From Naegleria gruberi (taxonomy: Eukaryota), in assembly GCA_000004985.1 (NCBI GenBank), contig GG738900.1: a stretch of DNA of 64,000 bases; one strand, written 5' to 3'. Positions 12,219 through 23,983 of this stretch are shown one piece after another. Below the pieces are notes generated by a model. That model was not told the DNA's origin. It did no database searches and worked only from the letters and a program-made list of their open reading frames with translations. The translations under genes and the position numbers were made by a program. Each line of letters begins with the position of its first letter. Position 1 is the stretch's first letter.

Positions 12219-13860
12219 TTAATTATTGGTAGTAGTGGTTGGTGGTTCAGCAAATTCAACTTTTTTAGGAGAGGTTGGGCTAGATGTTTCTGTTTTAGCA
12301 GCTTTCAATAAAAGTGATTTGAACTTATTTTCCTCGCTCTGTTCTTGTAACATTTTGAATGTTCGTTCTTGTTCTTCGAGAGAAGCTTTGGCTTGTTGAG
12401 CTGCTCTCTTCATTCTACTCTTCATCTTAACAATAAGCAAAAGTCTACTCTTACTATCATCAGCAGTTGGAGTTGGTAACTCTTCAACTGTTGAAGATGG
12501 TGTACGTGGTGTTTCTGGAATAGTTTCAGCTTCATAGGTTGCATTCATCCAAGCATGATCTTTAAAGTTTTCTAAAGTGATTCTTGTTTCTGGATTCTTG
12601 TCTAACACCTTATTCAGTAAATCTTTGAGTAAATCATCTTGATCGAATGGTGCTAACATTTTAAAATCGTCATGTTGAATGCTTGTATAAATTTGCATAT
12701 ACGAATCGCCTTGGAATGGAGTAATATTATAGAGAAGAGCAAACAAAGTAACACCTAATGCCCAAATATCACTCTTGAAACCACTATACGTTTCACCTTT
12801 ACAGGCCTCTGGTGATAAGAATGCTGGAGTGCCTGCAGATCCCTTTACTGTATCATCATTACCTTCACAAATGTGACTCACACCAAAATCAGAAACCTTT
12901 ATATTCAGCGAACCGTCGAGAAGTATATTTTCAGGTTTAATATCTCTGTGGCAAATACCTTGAGAGCTGAGAAGATGTTTAGTTTGAAAATTTTTGAAAT
13001 TTGATTACTTACTGAAGATACTGAACTCCTTCAATAGCTTGTTTCAAATATGATCTAATTTGATTGAGTCTGAATTTACAAGGTTTTGGAACTTCTTCTC
13101 CAGTGTTAGTTTCTGACATGGATAAAATTGCTCCGTTTTCTGCATATTCGATTAATAAATAAAGGAAATCAGAATTTCTATCATCAATAACCTCGAATAA
13201 TCTAACTACGTTTTGATGAGAAAGTTTTTTCATAATTGCAATTTCTCTTTGAACGTCCATTAGCAAGTTTCCACCACCAGCTTTTTTAACTCTTTTCAAC
13301 ATGGCCTTGTTCATAATTTTCATCGCAAAAGGTTTGTTATTATTATCCAAAACTAATTTAACTTTTCCGTATGATCCCTTTCCCAATGTAGAGATAACTG
13401 TATATTCGTTAATCATCTTATTACCTTCTTCGTCAGAGCTCAAAAGTAGTGAATTTGTGAGTTTGGTAACTGAATCATTGGTTGATCCAAATATTGGTGA
13501 ATAAGCGTCCTCACTCGGAGAGTCTTTTCCAAGAGATGATCCTATTTGCAATCTTCCCGAACTACTTCTGTTTGGAGAATGAGGAGAGGCATTATTTTTC
13601 ATACCCTTGTTGACATACATTTTAGAGAATGCATCATCTTCGTTATCTTCTCTTCTACTTGAAAAAAGGTTAGAAACTGGAAGTGTTGAACTTCTTGATC
13701 TCTTTTCTGTTGTTGTAGGTGTTGGTGTTGAACTTGTTACGGTCAGTGAAGTGTCTATAGTTACAAGTCCGTCTCTTTTTTCAAATACACTTTTGCTGGA
13801 TCGTTTTTGACGAGTTTCATTGGATATACCACTATCGTCCTTCGTTGCTATGATTCCCAT
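12219..13860 (-). CDS. Ser/Thr protein kinase, CaMKK-like; 2 exons (13013-13860, 12219-12966), 46-nt intron
   Basis: Exon 1 carries GKGSYGKVKL, AMKIMNK and MDVQREIAIMKKLSHQNVVRLFEVIDDRNSDFLYLLIEYAENGAI. The last of these is close to the CaMKK consensus [22 protein letters not shown]. The donor CA|GTAAGT and acceptor CTCAG|C give [33 protein letters not shown]…GTPAFLSPE. Confidence 0.75.
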
Positions 13861-14775
13861 GATGATTTTTGATCGAGTTGAATAAAATGTTTGTGTTGGT
13901 TGTTGTTTGTTATTAATAAATTAAAAGGAATGAGATCAAAAAAGTTAGTGTAGGAATAAATTAAATGGAGAGTGGTTTACAGAGGAAGAATTGGAGGAGA
14001 AGGGAGATGGAGAATCTAAATAATTATAATTCAAAATAGGTATTCAAGTACCTTTATAATTATAATAGATAAATATTAATGAAGCTGTTGTTGTAGAAGA
14101 CAATGACGGAAAACAGAGAGATTATCGTCCGTACACAATTCTTTCTTCTGTTGTTATTGTTGTTGTTGGTATTATTATTCCTTCAGAAAATATAAATCTT
14201 TTGAATTATCCAAGAGACAAGTCAAGTGATTATTATTCAATAATTGTTATTGTTGAGGAGGAGACAAATTTTTTGGGTGTTGTGTTTGATGGTTTTCTTC
14301 GTCTATCAAAAATAGATATGTGAGAGATGAAAATGTGCAGAAGTTACTTATTCTGTTGTGCTGCACAACAATTCGTGTTTCTCAAATTCAGTTCTTTTTT
14401 TCTTGTCTAAGGTACAACTACTCACACCTCCTCTGTGTTGATTCAGTGAATGTGTGGATTATTGTTAATGGAGGAATGACCGACTCAAAGTATTTTATTT
14501 ACTGATATTGTTGAAATGAGTTGGTTTGTAAGAATCAATGTAATCTTGGTAATTTTTTATTAGGGATTGTCATTGCTTATATTAGGTCAGAAACTAACAA
14601 CTGATATTAACTGAAATATTGTGTTAGAAGTCGGATCATGGTGCTTGTTGATCATTTGCGAGAATCGTGACCTCTCTTGTTGTGTGATGTATGAACCAGC
14701 AAATTTCACAATACAAGTCCACAAATAGACATCTGGTCTTTTGCCTTTTGGAAATTCAAACTATTAAGGAAAATT

Positions 14776-16007
14776 TCAAGTCAAAGAAAACAGAGGCCGG
14801 GATTGAGGCAACTTCTTTTCTAGCCCAATCTTTGAACAAATTTGAAGCCAGGCTTTCTCGGCTGAATTATTTTGAATGCTTTCTGGGAGTTGGCCTAGGA
14901 GTTGAAGGTCTTGTTTGAATTTCTCGAAGCTTTTTAACATATCAAAGTGTCTGTTTTGGTGAATGGGTGAGTTGGGCATCAAATAAAGACATTTCTCAGA
15001 ATAATCAATAGCCTGTATGAAATTTCCTTGCCTCAATGATAACTGCGACAATACTTGGTAAAGATGAGCAATTTTCTTGTCTAATTTTTGTGATCTCCTT
15101 GCAATGTCGAGAGTATCAATAATTTCAGTGATTAATTGTTTCGACTCATCGATTGATTGCACATTTTCAGCAACGTACGACTTGGCAACCGCCTTGTATT
15201 CCTTAAGAGAGAATTCGATTTCTAGTCGCTCATGTTTAGACAGAACTCTAGAGAAGGTGCCATTATATATTCCTTTGGAAATGTAATCTATCATTTCTAG
15301 TGCAGTTAAATATCTATCTCTGGTACATTGTTTATAAGATTGTTGGGTGATGTATTTGCTCTTTGTTTGTTTTTCCAGTTGAGCTGAATATTTGCTATTC
15401 AAATATAAATCAACCATCATCCACATTATTCCAATATTCAGAGGGAATAATTTAATCATCTCTTGTAGACAATTTTCGTATTCCATTAATTTTTTTTCAT
15501 TTAACAAAACTTTGGAAATAGATTTCCAGACTAATATTTTGTTAAACTCATTCAAATCACCACTTTTCAATAGATTTGACAGGCTTTCAACAGAAATATC
15601 ATTGGATGTGACAATATTAGATTGAGAGCATGTCAAATATATTTTTCTAGACAGTGCTTGCTTGTTTGTTTCTGATAAAATTGACCATGTTGCATTCTTC
15701 CAATCATTCCCAATACAAAACATATCCACAATATTTTCTTCTCTTTTTCCGATCAAATGACCTCTTACAATTAGTAGCCTTAGCAATGATTGTCTCGGAA
15801 TGATGGTGAATTTCTCCAATCCAACACTTTTGAAAGATTCTTCAATCAACAAGCATTAACTGAAATTCGTTACATGACACAATAAGAAAAACAAACCTTC
15901 GGAATAAAGTTGGTTTGAACCAGTAGTACTATGAGAGACAAGATCTGATGTTGTTGAGCAAATCTTTGAATCATCACCAGAAGCCTCCGATTGATTGGCC
16001 TTGTTCA
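14776..16007 (-). CDS. hypothetical helical (TPR-like?) protein; 2 exons (15897-16007, 14776-15839), 57-nt intron
   Basis: The track ORF started at a TTG. The true ATG at 16007-16005 encodes MNKANQSEASGDDSKICSTTSDLVSHSTTGSNQLYSE and ends GAAG|GTTTGT. The acceptor TTGAAG|AATC restores the frame into ...ESFKSVGLEKF… I found no diagnostic domain. Confidence 0.45.
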
Positions 16008-16144
16008 TCACACTTGTCTATTTTTTAAAAAATTCATAAAAATAAAAATCAATACACTGAACTCGCTATTTGTTCGAAAATCTCCCGCCACATATTTACT
16101 TTTTGTTGTTTAGGTTCTTAGCTGAGAAAACACAAACTGTAAAA

Positions 16145-18845
16145 ATGAGTGTACCAAGGTATCGCCCAGCAGGAGGTAGTCTCACTTCGAGGTTAAATCC
16201 CTCGTTCTTTGCCCTTGCTGACAGATACCCAAGTAGTGCGGAGGAGGAAGATGAAGCAAATGAAGATGAAATTGAGGAAGAGGAGTTTGCTTTTGCTTTG
16301 CCAAAGACTGGTACTGATTTTTTGTTAGGACCTAATCCTGTACATCTTAATTCATTGTCAGCAATACCTGAACCGGTATACAATGTTGACCCAACAACAG
16401 CTAGTAGGATGATGTTACAGGATTCAGCTAGGTTAACAGGAAAAAGACCTTATCATAAAGTTGTATATGATTGTTTTGGAGTTGGTCATGGAGACGAACA
16501 TTTTGATGAGGAATCATTATTTCGATTTCTAGAAACAAATCCAATACCTTTAAATTTAGGAACAAATTGTCAGAGACAAAATCTGCCAAAAGTGACTAGC
16601 ATGGTTAATTCCGATTCTTTATTATTCGAGTCTAGGTTTGAGAGTGGAAACCTTAGAAGAGCTGTTCAAATTTACGATTATGAATATGATTTAATTTTAA
16701 AATTTGATGTTGAAACAAATGGACATACTCAATGGTTCTATTTCTCAATTCAAAATGCAAAAAGAGGAAGAAAGTACAAATTTAATATTGTAAATTATTT
16801 GAAACAAGATAGTTTATATAATCATGGCATGCTGCCATTATTTTATTCAACCAATGATGCTTTAACAAAAGGGCAAGGTTGGATCAGGTCCGGAACAGAT
16901 GTTTGTTATTATAGGAATAACATCAAACGAAAAGGAGGATCTTACTACACTCTTACATTTACCTTTGAGGTTGCACATGATAATGATGTTTGCTATTTTG
17001 CCTATTCATACCCTTACACATACACAAATTTACAAAATTATTTAAATAATTTGGAAAAAGACAAAGTGAGGAGTCAATATTTAAGAAGAAGAGTTCTATG
17101 TAATGATCTTGCTGGAAATTCATGTGATGCATTAACCATAACTTCTTTTGCTGGAGATCCTTCTGCTCTCAAAACGAGAAAAGGAATTGTTTTAACGGCA
17201 AGAGTACACCCTGGAGAATCCAACTCGAGTTGGATTATTAAGGGAGTCATCGACTTTTTAACTGGTTCGAGTATTGAATCGAAAGTATTACGAGAAAATT
17301 TCATTTTCAAAATAGTTCCAATGTTGAATCCAGATGGAGTCATAAATGGAAACTATAGATGTGCTCTTTCAGGATCTGATTTGAATAGAAAATGGCATAA
17401 TCCAAACATCAAAACTCATCCAACAATTTTCCACACAAAAAAGATGGTTTTACAATTCCAAAAAGAACGAGAAGTAGTTTTATTTTGTGATTTTCACGGA
17501 CATAGTAGGAAGAAGAACATGTTCATGTATGGATGTACTGTTTCGAAATATGGTGTGGAGAGATTACTACCCAAAATTTTCCCAAGACTTCTATGGAAGA
17601 TTTCACCTCACTTTTCATTTAAGGATTGTCATTTCGGCAAACAAAAAGGAAAGGATACAACCGCAAGAGTTGTGATGCATAAGAGTGGAGTGAAGAATGC
17701 ATTTACATTGGAGGCATCATTCTGTGGACCAGACACTGGAATACACATGGGAAGACAATTCACTTGTAAACATTTCGAGCAGATGGGCCACTACTTTTGC
17801 CAGGGTATACTTGAGTTTTGTAATCCAGAACAAACTCAAGTCAATCTAATTATCAAAGAATTAGATTTATTATTTCCAGAAAAATACAAAGATGAAGATT
17901 CCACAAGAGAGTAAGTATTTGACATTATCCAGACAAAATTAATGCCCAATTAATCACAGCAAATATTCCAGCTCAGAAGAGGATGATGATGAGCCAGTTC
18001 CACCTCCTCAGCTCATTGAGAAACTTTCCCAAATCCCTACCCCTAGAGTGTTATCCTCAAGGAGAGGATCTAATGCTTCCGAATACTCTCAATCAGTGTA
18101 CAGTTATTCCTCGGTTGGCCGAAGTAGCCAACACTCTAGTACCACTTCAATTAACTACTCCAAACCAACAATAACAGTTCCAGTAATTATTCCACCAAAA
18201 TTGAATCATTCCAATCCTCAATCAGCTCCTCCATCAGCTATCTCAGTAGGTAATACTCCAAGGACAGCTAGTTCTGCCAAAGTAATTCATCCAACACCAC
18301 CACCAGTGCCACCCAAAGATTCTGATAAGAGACCAAACCTCCTTAAGAGAAGTCAATCCTTTTCTAATAATAATCAGCTTCCAAAATCAAATAAGAATGA
18401 GAAACCAGTTGAAAAACAGAAAAAAGTGACAAAGACAGTTGTGCAAGCAAAGAAAAAACGAATTGTCAGACCAAATAATACAGCTCGCTCAATGTACAAA
18501 CCAAGACCTTACACGCCTCCAGCTATTGATATCAATCCATTTTCCTACGATACTGACAAGATAATTCAATCCTTCAAGACGACTGACAACACAAATTATG
18601 ATCCAATCATGGAGCTCATTGAAAAAGTGGAATCCATTAAAAATCTAAGAAAGGAACGAGCTATTGAAAATTTGAAACAAGCAAAATTGAAACCAATGCA
18701 AGCCAAACCTTTCAACAAATTTGCAGCCTCTCCCTCTCTCAAACCCTCAGATAATTTATTCTCAATTACGAATTCCACAACAATTAGCACGACTTCAACC
18801 AATAGCAGCCAGCTCTTTCCTAGTATTGTTTATAAAAAACGATAA
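16145..18845 (+). CDS. cytosolic carboxypeptidase (CCP/Nna1/AGBL family, M14 metallopeptidase; tubulin deglutamylase-type); 2 exons (16145-17910, ~17960/17972-18845)
   Basis: True ATG at 16145 (MSVPRYRP). The CCP N-domain carries LLFESRFESGNLRRAV and FYFSIQNAKRGRKYKFNIVN. The M14 core carries VHPGESNSSWIIKG, MLNPDGVINGNYRCALSGSDLNRKW and FCDFHGHSRKKNMFMYGC. The ORF ends …DEDSTRE at AGAGA|GTAAGT. Either acceptor (CACAG|C or TTCCAG|C) keeps the frame into the low-complexity S/P/K-rich tail ORF ending at 18845. Confidence 0.8.
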
Positions 18846-18849
18846 AAAA

Positions 18850-20475
18850 ATGCTCGGACGCTCAACTTCGTATGTTTTTATTTTGCGATTTTTCATCATC
18901 AACAACAATAGAAACGGAAAGGCTTTTAGCAAACTCTTGAAAGGATTTGCTTCTCAACAAGTTAGAAACAAGACAATTAACGTACGTAAACAACAATAAT
19001 TTCCGTGTTTTTAAATTTTTTAGTTGAATTATAGAGGAAAAGCAACTATTCGTGATGGATTGAGTGGTTCCACCACTGAAGTCGGTACCCCAGTCAATGA
19101 TTCCGTATGTAATATTTCTATTAGTATTAGAATATATTTATTATTATTATTTTCTACAGATGTCTGTCTCTGTTTGGAGCAAGGGTTTCACAAGATGTTT
19201 GCAAATTAATCGTCCACGTGAATCTAACAGAATTACTTCTGAAGTCGCTAGGGATTTATTGCATCAATTTAAGGTTTGTTTCTCATCACAATATGATGAT
19301 GATAATTATTATTCTTCATCAACAACAGGTTATGGATACCAACCCAATTATTAATCTTATTACTTTGTCTGGAATTGGAAATGGTTTTTTGAGTGCTGGA
19401 TATGATTTTAGAGAACTTCAAAATTTGATGGATAAGGGTGATTATGAAACTGTTTACTCATTGGTCAGAGATACTCACAAACTTGCATACTATGCTGCTA
19501 ACTGTGAAACTCCAACAATGAGTGTTATTAATGGTCTTATGCGTATGTTTCAATTATTATTAGAGTTTTTTAACTTGTTTAAATAGTCGGTCCTGGTACA
19601 TCTTTGGGTACTTCTGCAAACTATGTTATTGCCACTCCTGGTTCTCTCTTCTCTGCTGCTGACTCTGCATATGGTTACTTCCCAGATTGTGGTGTTACCA
19701 TGTTGCTTTCACGAGTAAATCAAAAGCATGAAGGTCTCGGAACTTTCCTCGGTCTGACAGGTGCTCAAGTCAAATCAAGTGATTTGGTGTAAGTTTCTAA
19801 TTTTAATTTTTTTAATTAACTATTTAAAGTAATTGTGGAATTGCCACTTCATTCGGTATGGAAAGCATGTCTCAATACATTGCTGAACGTCTTCTTGAAG
19901 TTCAAACCGGAGCTAACCAAGATGATATTCATAACTGCATTGTGGAATCTACTGAATCTGATGTTCCTGCTTTGTCTTTCGCTTTTGAATTATATAAGAT
20001 TAAGGAACACTTCTCAAATAAGAAATCTGTCGAAGAAATTATACAATCACTCAAAAATACTATTACTGATTCTACAAAGACAAAACCTGAAAGAGATTGG
20101 GCTGCTAATATTTTGGAAAATATGAATCAATTATCACCATTGAGTCTGAAGGTTACTTTCAGAGCTATTCAAGAATGTGACCAAGGATTAGGTTTGGATG
20201 AAACTTATCAAAGAGATTATCGTATTGCTTCTCGATTGATCAAATCTAAGGATTTTAAACAAGGTGTTAATTCTGTTTTGACTGGAATTGAACCTGTTTG
20301 GGAATTTGAATCAGTTGAAAAAGTTCCTGATAGTGTTGTTGATTCCCTCTTTACTCCATTGAGTTTCGAAAAGGATGTTGATTGCGAACTCCAATTACCT
20401 GAAGAAGTTTTCCTGGAAGATCAAATTCTTTTCCAAATCAAAAAGAACCAATCCGTCCAAATTGCTAAACAATAA
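18850..20475 (+). CDS. HIBCH: 3-hydroxyisobutyryl-CoA hydrolase (HIBCH; crotonase superfamily), probably mitochondrial; 6 exons (18850-18981, 19024-19104, 19160-19273, 19329-19542, 19587-19788, 19830-20475)
   Basis: The spliced product matches HIBCH along its length. Examples: ITLSGIGNGFLSAGYDFREL (GAGGKAFCAGGDI); INGLM|LGPGTSLGTSANYVIATPGSLFSAADSAYGYFPDCGVTMLLSRV (IDGITMGGGVGLS…FAMPETGIGLFPDVGG…LPRL); LGTFLGLTGAQVKSSDLV|NCGIATSF; LKVTFRAIQEC…YQRDYRIASRL. The N-terminus is R-rich and hydrophobic, like a mitochondrial presequence. Introns are 40-56 nt with GTACGT/GTATGT/GTTTGT/GTAAGT donors. Confidence 0.8.
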
Positions 20476-20514
20476 TTTATAATAAAAAAGTCTAAGAATA
20501 AGGAAATTTTGAAT

Positions 20515-21385
20515 TTAGTGAACTTTTTTCCTTTCCACTCGGTAAGTATGAACATAAAATTGAAGAAATAAGAGCAAGAAACTTAGAATTACACCTTGTC
20601 CAAGCCATAATACCTCTTCACTACCACTACATTTGACTTCTGCCACATATAAATAATAGAGATACAATTGAGGAACTACTAGATCAAGTACGAATTGACC
20701 TATTTGAAGTATTGTAACATATTTCTTCCAAGTTACATTAATTCCAATTGCCGCCCTTGAATAATAATAGTACATGATTACATGAATATAGCCATTCGTC
20801 ACAACTGCAACCCACTATAATAACAAGATGTTAGTGATTAAAAGAGTATAAAAAACATACCTGAAGAGACATCTTATCACAAAGAGCGACATAAACCAAG
20901 CCAAGTGTCACTATATGATGGTAGACGTGCAAAAAAGTTAGTGGTCTCCTTTTCAAAATCATCAATACTGTATCTATCAACTCGTAATGTTTAGATAAAT
21001 AAAAGATATAAGTCCAAAAGTTTAATGGACCAACAGTTGTCGATGTTTGTGGATCACAAAATACAGACTCTAGAGAATATCCATTTCTAATATAAATCCG
21101 TATTGATTCCAATAAATTGCCAGTTGCCATAAACAAGCTAAGTATACAAAGAAATAAATTGTGTAAATAGGTAAACCTTTTCAATTCAAAAACCCTTTCC
21201 TCCTTCCGATATTTTAAATTAATTATAAATTGAAAAAGGTATATAAATATTGTATAGGCTATTAATGAAAAGAATGGATATCTCCAGTGACTCAGAGGTG
21301 TTTTTCCATATTCAAAACTAAAATTCTTTACGTAATCGGGATATAACGAATAAATGTTATCCAATATTTCAACAAATTGTGACAT
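20515..21385 (-). CDS. ELO-family fatty acid elongase (ELOVL/GNS1/SUR4); 2 exons (20861-21385, 20515-20814), 46-nt intron
   Basis: True ATG at 21385. The histidine box LTFLHVYHHIVT sits in exon 1 (ending …KMSLQ|GTATGT). Exon 2 begins WVAVVTNGYIHVIMYYYY (NxxxHxxMYxYY). The protein is multi-pass hydrophobic. Confidence 0.85.
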
Positions 21386-21913
21386 TCAATCCATATATAC
21401 AAAATTATTAATCAGTGATGATGATGTTATTGTTGTCGTATCCGTGATGGTAGTATTATTATTTGTGTCAAGCAAAAAACTACTCTTCCGAATCAACTGT
21501 TCGCTCTTTTGGAAATTTTTTTAAATATTTTTTGTTGGAGAAATTTCCGATCAAGGTGGCCACAGCGAACAAGCTGAAATTCAACTATGTGACAAATTGG
21601 CTAATCGGTTTCTAGTACGAAAGGAGCAAGGTGGATATTGAGACGATATGCAAATTGTGTGTAAACTCAACAGGATAAATTTTCAGTTGCCATGGGGTAT
21701 TAAGGTAAATTTTTGGTCTTCAAAACTGTAAAATGTCCATTTGAAAAGACTAATTGTCCAATATTTAACTGATCTAACGAATTCCTCTTCTTTTGTATTG
21801 AGTGTTACAGTAGCCATATTTCTTGAGATGAAAAGAAGCGCATATTTTCAAGTTGACAATACATTACAATTCCTTTTTAAACTTTTTAAAGCTGCAAATC
21901 TCATTTCAAAAAA

Positions 21914-22516
21914 ATGTCTAAATCAGATTTCTTCCTGTTTGCTGCAATCTTTGTAGTGATTTCTGGCATTGCCCAAGCTAAATACCTTCAAATCTACCAT
22001 TACAATTCTCGTAACTGTTTAGAATCCAACTATGTAAAGGTTGATATCTTTAGAGAGGGTTGTTTTTCCTTTGAAAATTATGTTGAAAGTCAATACGCTA
22101 CTTGCAATGGTTCTTATGGTTATCTTGAAATCATGAAGAATCATATTGAATGTGGAAAGGACCCTATCGTATTCAAATTGGGAGTTTGTGTCAATATTGA
22201 AGATGATATAGTTCGTTCCTATAGAGTTACTTGTGGTGATTTCGTCTCCAAAGAGAAAATGTTCTGGGAAATGGCCTACAATGATAGAAGATGTGAAAAG
22301 TTTGTGAGATCAGCAACTGGTCACGTTATTGGAAAATGTGATGCCACTGCTGATTTTGGAGTTGGAGCAAAGGTTTACACATGCGAAAGAGATGATACCA
22401 GAGTTCAGGTACTTACATATAAATCCAGCACGCAATGTATTGGAGGAATTAGAACTAATCAAACATGGACTACTGAATGTGATAACAGATTCCAAAATGT
22501 TTGTGGACTTGTTTAG
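21914..22516 (+). CDS. hypothetical secreted cysteine-rich protein, 200 aa
   Basis: True ATG at 21914. There is an N-terminal signal peptide (FLFAAIFVVISGIAQA) and about 14 Cys in the mature part. No known domain. Confidence 0.5.
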   Translation: MSKSDFFLFAAIFVVISGIAQAKYLQIYHYNSRNCLESNYVKVDIFREGCFSFENYVESQYATCNGSYGYLEIMKNHIECGKDPIVFKLGVCVNIEDDIVRSYRVTCGDFVSKEKMFWEMAYNDRRCEKFVRSATGHVIGKCDATADFGVGAKVYTCERDDTRVQVLTYKSSTQCIGGIRTNQTWTTECDNRFQNVCGLV

Positions 22517-22854
22517 GTAATTTAATTATTTCCACATTCGAATAAATAGCATGAAGCATTTTTTATTTGAATATTCATTTCAAATCTTCAATTCAATCAA
22601 TTCATAACATGCATTATCCATTCCATCAGAGCAGTAATTATTTTCAACATAATTATATAGATTCGAATCTCTAACGTCCTTATTCCAAGTAAAAAACTCC
22701 CATTTGTACATATTCAGAATCCAATATTACCCCATTCTCCCAATACTCCTCATCATTGTGTCTATTTGGAGAATAAATTTGTCAGCTTTGGATACAAGAC
22801 AGTAAAACAACAATTTGAAAAAAACAAAACAACAATAATATAGAAACATACAAA

Positions 22855-23169
22855 ATGGTGAGAAACATTGCACTCTCTGAAGTTGAAGAACATGGTCCAA
22901 ATCATCAAGATCCTTGGATTATTATCTCGGGAAAGGTTGTAGCCTTTGGAACGTATAAGGATGAACATCCGGGTGGTGAAGATGTCATTCTCGAATGGGC
23001 TGGTAAGGATGGCACAAAGGCCTTCAATGATGCTGGTCATGGAAGTAGTGCTAAGAGTGACATGCAAAAGTATATAGTTGGAGAGTTTGAGGGTGCATCC
23101 GATGTTGCTGCAGCCTCATCAGAGACTGCTCCTCAGGAAGGTGAAAAGAAGGAATGTTCCATTCAATAA
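22855..23169 (+). CDS. cytochrome b5 (heme-binding domain), 104 aa
   Basis: EHPGGEDVILEWAGKDGTKAFNDAGHGSSA contains the canonical HPGG…H heme-ligand motif. True ATG at 22855. Confidence 0.8.
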   Translation: MVRNIALSEVEEHGPNHQDPWIIISGKVVAFGTYKDEHPGGEDVILEWAGKDGTKAFNDAGHGSSAKSDMQKYIVGEFEGASDVAAASSETAPQEGEKKECSIQ

Positions 23170-23433
23170 TTTTGATATCTAGCTTTGAAATTGTAATTTA
23201 AGAGTATTAATTGTAAACTCAAAGATACTAAGATTGTATAATATAAATGAGAGTGAAATTTTGATTTTGAATCAATTCTATTTCTTTAAACAATGCAAAA
23301 AACAATGCTAGCAGAACGAACTATGTCTATTTCCAAAACAAATCCAAAATGCAAAGGACGAAACTTGACTTGCCTTCAATCTTATCCAATTGCTTTTGTT
23401 AACAAAGAAAATTGAAAAAACAATACATAAAAA

Positions 23434-23934
23434 ATGTCAGCTCAATCAGGGAAGAATTGTTCTGTATGTTTTGTTTGTCTCGGAAATATTTGTCGGTCAC
23501 CAATGGCAGAGATTGTCATGTTGGCTTTGATAAAGGAAAAGAAGGCAAAAGTTGATTTCATTGTTGATTCTTGTGGTACGGCTAGTTATCACGTCGGAGA
23601 GGAGCATGATGATAGAACACTTTCCACATGTAAAAAGTATTATCCATGGTTAAATACTGATGATATGAGAGCGAGACAAATTTGCCAGGATGATTTTGAA
23701 GATTTTGATTATATTCTAGTAATGGATGAATCAAATTTGAGAAATGTTAATTCAATTAGAAAGAACAAGTCTGGAAAAGCTAAGGTCCAATTATTAGGTT
23801 GTTATGACCCTGAAAAGAAGAATTCAATTGTGGAAGATCCATATTATGGTGGAATGAGTGGATTTGAGTCAATTTTCAAACAAATTAAGAGAAGTTTGGA
23901 AAATTTCATTCAAATAATTGAGTCAGAGCAATAA
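23434..23934 (+). CDS. low-molecular-weight phosphotyrosine protein phosphatase (LMW-PTP/ACP1), 166 aa
   Basis: Active-site P-loop VCFVCLGNICRSPMAE (CLGNICRSP). The length and a C-terminal DPYYG motif are typical of the family. Confidence 0.9.
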   Translation: MSAQSGKNCSVCFVCLGNICRSPMAEIVMLALIKEKKAKVDFIVDSCGTASYHVGEEHDDRTLSTCKKYYPWLNTDDMRARQICQDDFEDFDYILVMDESNLRNVNSIRKNKSGKAKVQLLGCYDPEKKNSIVEDPYYGGMSGFESIFKQIKRSLENFIQIIESEQ

Positions 23935-23983
23935 AAGAATAATAGATTTATTATGATCCTTTTGAAATTAATTTACATTAGGT

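Noticed and set aside
14320-14918. Short ORFs (14320-14505, 14691-14918) in the ~900-bp spacer between the CaMKK-like gene and the TPR-like gene.
   Set aside because: They start at non-ATG codons or overlap the 3' end of the neighbouring gene, with no recognisable features. I treat them as UTR or intergenic sequence.
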